Under the pieces are notes generated by a model, which saw only the letters and a program-made list of their open reading frames with translations, ran no database searches and was not told where the DNA came from. Both the position numbers and the translations under genes were made by a program. Below are positions 17,268 to 23,268 of a DNA stretch of 32,000 nucleotides, one piece after another (the first letter of the stretch is position 1; each line of letters begins with the position of its first letter). The stretch lies in contig NC_009483.1 of assembly GCF_000016745.1 (NCBI RefSeq), positions 2,430,001 through 2,462,000 of the forward strand, written 5' to 3'. The stretch comes from Geotalea uraniireducens Rf4 (lineage in GTDB: Bacteria; Desulfobacterota; Desulfuromonadia; Geobacterales; Geobacteraceae).

Positions 17268-18506
17268 ATGCCTGTCTTGGCCCGAGAACACAAAGTATAT
17301 GTCTTCATTTACCTTCCCGGCGAGACCACGGCGGTTCCGGCTGGGCTGTTCACCCATTACCCCGATGACGGCATCGGCCGTTTTGCCTATGGCCGCCGTT
17401 ACCTGGAGCGCCCTAACGCCCTGCCGGTGGACCCTGTGGCGCTGCCTTTGGGTGGCATGCCCAGGGATGTCACCACCAATGGCGGTCTGTACGGCGCCTT
17501 CCGTGACTCGTCTCCCGATTACTGGGGGCGGCTGGTTGTTGCCGCTGAAGCACGCATGCCGCCCGAAGCCCTGGATGAAACGGATTATCTCCTGCGCGCC
17601 AATGCATCGAGGATCGGTTGCCTCGATTTCCGGGCTTCGCTGGAGCAGGGTGAACCCGTGGTCGGACCGCCCGGTTTTCAATCGCTGGCAGAACTTCTGG
17701 ATGCCGCTTCGGATCTGGCAGCCGGAAAACAGGTCAGACAGGATCTGCTGCGGCTTCTGGAGCAGGGTTCGAGCGTCGGCGGCGCCCGGCCCAAGTGTAC
17801 CGTAGAGTTGGATGATGCCCTCTGGATAGCCAAATTCCCGGCCAAGGACGATACGATCAACTTCCCCAAGGTCGAGTACGCCACCATGACCCTGGCGGGG
17901 AGGTGCGGGATCAACGTGCCGACAATGCGTGTCGTGGCTATCGGCGGCAGGGATGTGCTGCTGGTGAAACGCTTCGACCGGCACAAGTCTGGCGGCGGGT
18001 ATCAACGGTTCGGTTTCCTGAGCGCCCTGTCACTCATGGAATGGGACGAACGGGACCGCACAGAGTGGAGCTATCCGGCCCTGGCGGACAGGATGCGCGC
18101 AACCATTCTGGCCCAGCGGGCACAAACCGGGGAACTCTTTCGCCGGATGCTGTTTAACGTGCTGTGCCGGAATACGGACGACCATCCCCGCAACCACGGC
18201 TTCCTGTGGGGCGAACGGGCAACGGCCCTTTCCCCGGCCTATGATATTGTGCCGTCATTGGCCCGGCCCGGCGTAACCACTGAATTTTCCCTTTCCATGT
18301 CCCTGGGCGAAAGGGGCAGGGAAGCGACCCTGGCCAATGCCGTGAGTATGCATGCCCGCTTCGGGCTGACACGGAGTGAAGCGGAACAGGTCATCGACGA
18401 CATGCGGGCCTGTGTGGCGAAGTGGGAGCAACTCTTCATCACCTGCGGGGTTTCCGAGGCGGACAGGGATGCTGTCCGGGCTTCGTTTGCCGTGGCGACG
18501 TCGTAG
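17268..18506 (+). CDS. hipA: HipA-family serine/threonine kinase toxin
   Basis: GSSVGGARPKCTV, WIAKFP, LLVKRFDR and CRNTDDHPRNHGFLW are canonical HipA N- and C-domain motifs. Confidence 0.9.
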   Translation: MPVLAREHKVYVFIYLPGETTAVPAGLFTHYPDDGIGRFAYGRRYLERPNALPVDPVALPLGGMPRDVTTNGGLYGAFRDSSPDYWGRLVVAAEARMPPEALDETDYLLRANASRIGCLDFRASLEQGEPVVGPPGFQSLAELLDAASDLAAGKQVRQDLLRLLEQGSSVGGARPKCTVELDDALWIAKFPAKDDTINFPKVEYATMTLAGRCGINVPTMRVVAIGGRDVLLVKRFDRHKSGGGYQRFGFLSALSLMEWDERDRTEWSYPALADRMRATILAQRAQTGELFRRMLFNVLCRNTDDHPRNHGFLWGERATALSPAYDIVPSLARPGVTTEFSLSMSLGERGREATLANAVSMHARFGLTRSEAEQVIDDMRACVAKWEQLFITCGVSEADRDAVRASFAVATS

Positions 18507-18607
18507 TGGCGACCGGTCGTTCGCTCCGACATCATTCGATGGCATAACTCGCCGATTCCACTTCGTTGATCATCACTGTCCAGCCACCGATTACAAGTAG
18601 CGAAAGG

Positions 18608-18637
18608 TTGACACCAGGCGTTTCCAGGGTGTAAATA
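18608..18637 (+). promoter_or_regulatory. Sigma70-type promoter of module copy 2
   Basis: Identical TTGACA-N18-TAAATA to copy 1. Confidence 0.55.
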
Positions 18638-18713
18638 GAAGGCTGTTTTTATGTGATATGGGAGTTTTGGGGATGGGTGAAAAAAAAGCGGAAAAGCGGT
18701 CGTGCTGAGGGAT

Positions 18714-18756
18714 AAAAGCCGCCTTGGTCAATGATTTCTGACCGGCGGCTTTTTTT
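18714..18756 (+). terminator. Intrinsic terminator closing the leader (module copy 2)
   Basis: AGCCGCC-TT-GGTCA-ATGATTTC-TGACC-GGCGGCT plus TTTTTT. The single A-to-G difference from copy 1 extends the stem. Confidence 0.7.
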
Positions 18757-18776
18757 ACTGTAACAGCGGACATATC

Positions 18777-18971
18777 GGATAAATTGAAGGAGAGCTCACT
18801 CTCAAGCTGACCAACTTCAATTATACCTATTTATACTTGAAACTAGATATAAATGTGTATAAATTGCTCGCCATTTCGTGTGTCCGGCGTGCGGGGCTGC
18901 CGTGCCTATTGAGGTTTGGCGGGGCGGTGAGCTCTGTGGTAACTGTTTTTTTCAGGATAAATTGAAGGAGA
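18777..18971 (+). repeat. 17-bp direct duplication (GGATAAATTGAAGGAGA) flanking a 161-bp insert between leader and 60-aa ORF
   Basis: Direct repeats at 18777-18793 and 18955-18971. The insert starts GCTCAC and ends near GTGAGCTC (short inverted repeat) and contains AT-rich promoter-like sequence (TTGAAA...TATAAA). The insert is absent from module copy 1. Confidence 0.75.
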
Positions 18972-18978
18972 ACTCCCC

Positions 18979-19161
18979 ATGGCAATGACAGTTGAAATCA
19001 AAGGCAATAAGCTTTGCATCGAAATTGACCTGGAAAAGCCGACACCCTCTGCATCCGGGAAAACCCTCGTGGTTGCCAGCACCAGGGGGAATGCCGTTAC
19101 TACGGCCGAGGTTGATGGCAAACCGGTGACGATAGGGTTGAATGCGTATATTAAGCCGTGA
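18979..19161 (+). CDS. Small conserved hypothetical protein (60 aa), copy 2
   Basis: Same protein as 14249-14431. GAAGGAGA RBS. Confidence 0.8.
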   Translation: MAMTVEIKGNKLCIEIDLEKPTPSASGKTLVVASTRGNAVTTAEVDGKPVTIGLNAYIKP

Positions 19162-19290
19162 AGGGAGAGGTGTTGAGGGCTGAAGGAATTTAAAATTGAT
19201 TTTTCAAGAACTGGCCTTCCTTGCCCCTGCTTATTCTTCTCAGATTTTTGTAAAATTTAGGATGACTATATTGTTCAGGAGAGCATCTGC

Positions 19291-20811
19291 GTGTTGACTG
19301 GTGAAAACAAGGCAAAGATTGACAAGATATGGGATGCGTTCTGGACGGGTGGGATTTCCGATTCCCTGCGGGTGATCGAGCAGATGTCGTACCTGCTGTT
19401 TATCAAGCGGCTGGATGACCTCCACACGGCAAAGGAGAAGAAGGCCAACCGGCTGGGCAAGCCGATCGAGGAGCCGATCTTCGGGCCGAAGCAGGATCAT
19501 CTGCGCTGGTCGCGCTTCCGGGAGTTCGAGGCGGGGGAGATGTTCCGCGTGGTGAGCCAGGAGGTCTTCCCCTTCATCAAGAATCTGCACGGCAACGAGG
19601 AGAGCGCCTACGCCCGGCACATGAAGGACGCTATCTTCATGATCCCCACCCCGAGCCTCCTGGAGCGGGTGGTGGAGCAGATCAGCCAGGTGCCGATGGA
19701 AGACCGGGACACCAAGGGGGACCTGTACGAGTACATGCTCTCCAAGCTGACTACTGCCGGCAGAAACGGCCAGTTCCGCACCCCTCGCCATATCATCAAG
19801 ATGATGGTGGAGCTGATGCAGCCCCGGCCCGACGATATCATCTGCGACCCGGCCTGCGGCACGGCGGGCTTCCTGGTGGCGGCCGGAGAATACCTGCGCG
19901 AGCATCACGGCGATTTGTTCCATAATGAAAAGCTGAAGAAGCACTTCAACGAAAAGCTCTTCAACGGCTTCGACTTCGACTCCACCATGCTCCGCATCGC
20001 CAGCATGAACATGATGCTGCACGGTGTGGAGAACCCGGCCATCGAGGCGCGGGATTCGCTTTCCAGTGCTGCCGACATAGCAGATGCATATACCCTGATT
20101 TTAGCCAATCCTCCCTTCAAGGGGTCGCTGGATGAGGATACCGTCGCCAAGGACCTGCTGCGTACGGTCAAGACCAAGAAGACCGAGCTGCTGTTCATCG
20201 CTCTGATGCTGCGGCTGTTGAAGCCGGGCGGGCGCTGTGCGGTGATTGTTCCGGACGGGGTGCTGTTCGGCTCCAGTAAGGCGCACCTGGACCTGCGCAA
20301 GATACTGGTGGACGGCCACAAGCTGGAGGCGATGATCTCCATGCCCTCCGGTGTGTTCCGCCCCTATGCGGGGGTCTCCACCGGAATACTGATCTTCACC
20401 AAGACCAACTCCGGCGGCACGGATCATGTCTGGTTTTACGACATGCAGGCCGATGGCTTCTCGCTGGATGACAAGCGCAATCCGGTGGAGCAGAACGATA
20501 TTCCCGATGTAGTAGAGTCGTGGCTTCGGCTCCGCTCAGCCACCGGGCTTCTCTCAACTGCCGGGCAGGTCGAAGGTGGTACGCTGAGCGGAGTCGAAGC
20601 GGGACGTACCGCCAAATCCTTCCTCGTCTCGGTGCAGGAGATTCGCGACAACAAGTACGACCTCTCCATCAACCGTTACAAGAAAGTGGAGCATGAGGAG
20701 GTGGCCTACGAGCCGCCGCAGGTTATCATTGCCCGGTTGGAGGCGCTGGAGCGGGAGATTGCCGGGGAGTTGGCGGAGTTGGCCCTTCGACTCCGCTCAG
20801 GGAACGATTAA
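19291..20811 (+). CDS. hsdM: Type I restriction-modification system methyltransferase subunit HsdM (N6-adenine), carrying an in-frame repeat insertion
   Basis: N-terminal KIWDAFWTGGI...IEQMSYLLFIKRLDD, FRTPRHII, DPACGTAGFL (motif I) and ANPPFKG (motif IV). GTG start with a GGAGAG RBS. Confidence 0.92.
   Translation: MLTGENKAKIDKIWDAFWTGGISDSLRVIEQMSYLLFIKRLDDLHTAKEKKANRLGKPIEEPIFGPKQDHLRWSRFREFEAGEMFRVVSQEVFPFIKNLHGNEESAYARHMKDAIFMIPTPSLLERVVEQISQVPMEDRDTKGDLYEYMLSKLTTAGRNGQFRTPRHIIKMMVELMQPRPDDIICDPACGTAGFLVAAGEYLREHHGDLFHNEKLKKHFNEKLFNGFDFDSTMLRIASMNMMLHGVENPAIEARDSLSSAADIADAYTLILANPPFKGSLDEDTVAKDLLRTVKTKKTELLFIALMLRLLKPGGRCAVIVPDGVLFGSSKAHLDLRKILVDGHKLEAMISMPSGVFRPYAGVSTGILIFTKTNSGGTDHVWFYDMQADGFSLDDKRNPVEQNDIPDVVESWLRLRSATGLLSTAGQVEGGTLSGVEAGRTAKSFLVSVQEIRDNKYDLSINRYKKVEHEEVAYEPPQVIIARLEALEREIAGELAELALRLRSGND
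20523..20600. repeat. Palindromic repeat element U1 (78 bp) inside the hsdM coding sequence, in frame
   Basis: GCTTCGGCTCCGCTCAGCCACCG ... GGTGGTACGCTGAGCGGAGTCGAAGC. It translates as LRLRSATGLLSTAGQVEGGTLSGVEA (26 codons). Confidence 0.8.
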
Positions 20812-21290
20812 GGTCTGGCTTCGGCTCCGCTCAGCCACCGGGCGTCTCCGTTTGCCGGTGCGGTGGTTTTCGGTGGCTGAGCGGAGTCGAAGCCAGGTTT
20901 AGGGGAATATCCAGCATGCCCTACATGTACATCCTCGAATGCGCGGACGGCAGCTACTACACGGGAAGCACCAAGGATCTGGATCGCCGTCTTTGGGAGC
21001 ATCAGAACGGACTGGGCGCGAATCATACAGCCAGGAGGCTTCCCGTAAAACTTGTTTACTGTGAGGAATGCGACCGCATCGATGACGCGTTCTATCGTGA
21101 AAAACAGGTTCAGGGATGGAGCCGAAAAAAGAAAGAGGCTTTGATGGCAAGTGATACAAATCAGCTTCATCGGTTGGCGGTTTGTCGGAATGAAAGCCAT
21201 TGTGCTGGCTTCGGCTCCGCTCAGCCAGCGGACACCGACACCGCTCAATTAAAAGATAACCTTGCCTGTTCCCTGAGCGGAGTCGAAGGG
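20783..21290. mobile_element. GIY-YIG gene cassette bounded by 20-bp perfect inverted repeats, at the hsdM/hsdS junction
   Basis: CCCTTCGACTCCGCTCAGGG (20783-20802) is the exact reverse complement of CCCTGAGCGGAGTCGAAGGG (21271-21290). Inside are palindromic unit U2 (20817-20894), the GIY-YIG ORF and a forward half-site (21207-21230). Confidence 0.7.
20817..20894. repeat. Palindromic repeat element U2 (78 bp), intergenic
   Basis: GGCTTCGGCTCCGCTCAGCCACCG-spacer-CGGTGGCTGAGCGGAGTCGAAGCC, the same family as U1. Confidence 0.85.
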
Positions 21291-21314
21291 AACAAAAAGG
21301 GGATGGTGGAATGA
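20916..21314 (+). CDS. Small GIY-YIG nuclease family protein (core ~85 aa; the tail reads through repeat sequence)
   Basis: YMYILECADGSYYTGSTKDLDRRLWEHQ...ANHTARRLP.KLVY...REKQVQGWSRKKK are the GIY, YIG, R, H and E catalytic-core elements. The C-terminal GFGSAQPA and SLSGVEGN are translations of the repeat family. The stop overlaps the hsdS ATG (ATGA). Confidence 0.8.
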   Translation: MPYMYILECADGSYYTGSTKDLDRRLWEHQNGLGANHTARRLPVKLVYCEECDRIDDAFYREKQVQGWSRKKKEALMASDTNQLHRLAVCRNESHCAGFGSAQPADTDTAQLKDNLACSLSGVEGNKKGMVE

Positions 21315-22492
21315 AGTACTCTTATGTTCCACTAGGTGGACTTGTAACAATATCCGGTGGTGGTACGCCGAGTCGGAATAATGATGCTTACTGGGGTGGC
21401 AGCATTCCATGGGCTACGGTAAAAGACCTTAAAGACACCATGCTTTCCGGCACGCAAGAAACAATTACTCCCGAAGGACTTAGAGATAGTGCATCGAACC
21501 TGATTCCTGCGGGCAGTGTGATCGTTGCAACACGCATGGGTCTTGGTAAGGTTGCAATCAACACGATGGATGTAACCATCAATCAGGATTTGAAAGCGTT
21601 TTCATGTGGCGCTGATCTTGAACCTCGTTATTTGCTGTATTTCCTTCTCGCGAATGCTTCACATCTCGATTCAATGGGAAAAGGAGCTACCGTCAAGGGC
21701 ATTACGCTTGATGTTCTTAAAGATCTTTCCGTCCCTCTCCCCCCACTCCCCGAACAAAAGCGCATCGCTGCCATCCTCGACAAGGCTGATTCTATCCGGC
21801 GAAAGCGGCAGGAGGCGGTACGGTTGACTGAGGAACTGCTGCGCTCGGTGTTTCTGGATATGTTTGGTGATCCGGAAAGTAATAACTGGCCGATGATGAC
21901 CATAGCCGGAGTTGCGCTGCCAGGAGTTAGCGCAATTCGGACCGGGCCATTTGGCAGTCAACTCCTACACAGCGAGTTCGTCGATGAAGGCGTTGCAGTT
22001 CTGGGGATTGATAATGCTGTAGCTAATGAATTCCGTTGGAACGAACGCCGCTATATATCTGAGGCAAAATATCGCGAATTATCACGATATACCGTAAGAC
22101 CAGGCGACGTCATTATCACTATTATGGGAACATGCGGTCGGTGTGCAGTTGTACCGGACGATATACCAGTTGCAATCAATACAAAACATCTTTGTTGCAT
22201 CACGCTTGACCAAACAAAATGCCTGCCGGTTTTTGTTCATGCATATTTTCTACAACATTGCATTGCCCGACGTTACCTGGAGAAAACAGCTAAAGGTGCA
22301 ATAATGGACGGCCTGAACATGGGTATTATCAAGGATATGCCAATTCCTATACCCCCTCTAAAGCTCCAGGAAAAATTCGCATGTTCTATTGCAGCTATTG
22401 AAAAATTAAGACACACGACTCGGTCAACCTTGGCAGAACAAGACACCCTCTTTCACTCTCTCCTGCAACGCGCCTTCAATGGGGCGTTGTAA
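21311..22492 (+). CDS. hsdS: Type I R-M specificity subunit HsdS (two target-recognition domains)
   Basis: Two conserved spacer helices, PLPPLPEQKRIAAILDKADSIRRKRQEA...LLRSVFLDMFG and IPIPPLKLQEKFACSIAAIEKL...LFHSLLQRAFNG, separated by variable TRDs. Confidence 0.9.
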   Translation: MKYSYVPLGGLVTISGGGTPSRNNDAYWGGSIPWATVKDLKDTMLSGTQETITPEGLRDSASNLIPAGSVIVATRMGLGKVAINTMDVTINQDLKAFSCGADLEPRYLLYFLLANASHLDSMGKGATVKGITLDVLKDLSVPLPPLPEQKRIAAILDKADSIRRKRQEAVRLTEELLRSVFLDMFGDPESNNWPMMTIAGVALPGVSAIRTGPFGSQLLHSEFVDEGVAVLGIDNAVANEFRWNERRYISEAKYRELSRYTVRPGDVIITIMGTCGRCAVVPDDIPVAINTKHLCCITLDQTKCLPVFVHAYFLQHCIARRYLEKTAKGAIMDGLNMGIIKDMPIPIPPLKLQEKFACSIAAIEKLRHTTRSTLAEQDTLFHSLLQRAFNGAL

Positions 22493-22497
22493 ACCGA

Positions 22498-22633
22498 GCT
22501 TCGACTCCGCTCAGCCACCGCGCTTCGACTCCGCTCAGCCACCGCGCTTCGACAACACTCAACACAATTCCGCTCTCTTCACTCTGTGGCTCAGCTTCCA
22601 AATGTTGCCCGGTCCCTGAGCGGAGTCGAAGGG
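22498..22633. repeat. Repeat cluster U4: 24-bp unit GCTTCGACTCCGCTCAGCCACCGC in 2 tandem copies plus an 8-nt partial third, then the inverted half-site
   Basis: Units at 22498-22521 and 22522-22545, partial at 22546-22553. Inverted CCCTGAGCGGAGTCGAAGGG at 22614-22633. Confidence 0.85.
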
Positions 22634-22725
22634 CCGCTCAGCCGATGTTAAATTTTGGACAGACAGAAACAATTTGACCTTTTCATGTCCATAACGTACA
22701 ATTTGTACAAATGGAGGTTGTCATC

Positions 22726-22977
22726 ATGACCAAAATATCAACAGCAGAAGCCCGCAATGATTTCGCCGATGTCATCAACCGGGCATCGTTCGGCAAGGAA
22801 CGCTTTGTCCTGACGCGGCGAGGTAAAAAACTGGTCGCGATTGTACCGGTTGAAGACCTGGAGCTTCTCGAAGAGATGGAAGACCGAATGGACGTTGAAG
22901 CGGCCAAGGCGGCCCTGGCAGAATCCGATGAGCGGGTTTCGTATGAGGATTTGCGTCGTGAGCTGGGGCTTAAATGA
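22726..22977 (+). CDS. Phd/YefM-family antitoxin
   Basis: ISTAEARNDFADVINRASFGKERFVLTRRGKKLVAIVPVEDLE. GGAGG RBS. Palindrome GTACA-ATT-TGTAC upstream. The stop overlaps the toxin start (ATGA). Confidence 0.85.
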   Translation: MTKISTAEARNDFADVINRASFGKERFVLTRRGKKLVAIVPVEDLELLEEMEDRMDVEAAKAALAESDERVSYEDLRRELGLK

Positions 22978-23231
22978 CCTATCGGATTGAGTTGACCAAG
23001 ACGGCGGAACGGGATTTATTGGCTGTTCCCAAACCAGTTTTGAAACGGCTGGATGCTTGCATCCTCGGACTGGCAGACGATCCGCTGCCGCCGGGAGTAA
23101 AGAAGCTCAAGAACAGTGACGGCCTGTACCGTGTGAGAGTGAGCGATTATCGCATTATCTACCGCATTGAGCAGGAAATTTTGACTGTCCTGGTTGTCAA
23201 GATAGGCCACCGGCGGGAAGTTTATCGTTAG
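22974..23231 (+). CDS. RelE/ParE-family toxin
   Basis: Has the fold pattern typical of the 85-aa RelE/ParE family: IELTKTAERDL...L..DP.PPG.KKL....GLYRVRVSDYRIIYRIE.E.L.V.VVKIGHRREVY. Confidence 0.85.
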   Translation: MTYRIELTKTAERDLLAVPKPVLKRLDACILGLADDPLPPGVKKLKNSDGLYRVRVSDYRIIYRIEQEILTVLVVKIGHRREVYR

Positions 23232-23268
23232 CATCAATTGCCTTTTTCAATGATATCCCGGAGGGGTA

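Larger units (their letters stand above)
18548..19206 (+). repeat. Module copy 2: core (copy C) + promoter + leader + terminator + [178-bp insertion] + 60-aa ORF + tail
   Basis: See module copy 1. Promoter TTGACA/TAAATA at 18608-18637 and terminator at 18714-18756. Confidence 0.9.

Noticed and set aside
22498-22553. Tandem 24-bp direct repeats that could superficially suggest a CRISPR array
   Set aside because: The units are directly adjacent with no spacers and there are only about 2.3 copies. They belong to the palindromic repeat family scattered through the R-M locus, and no cas genes are present.
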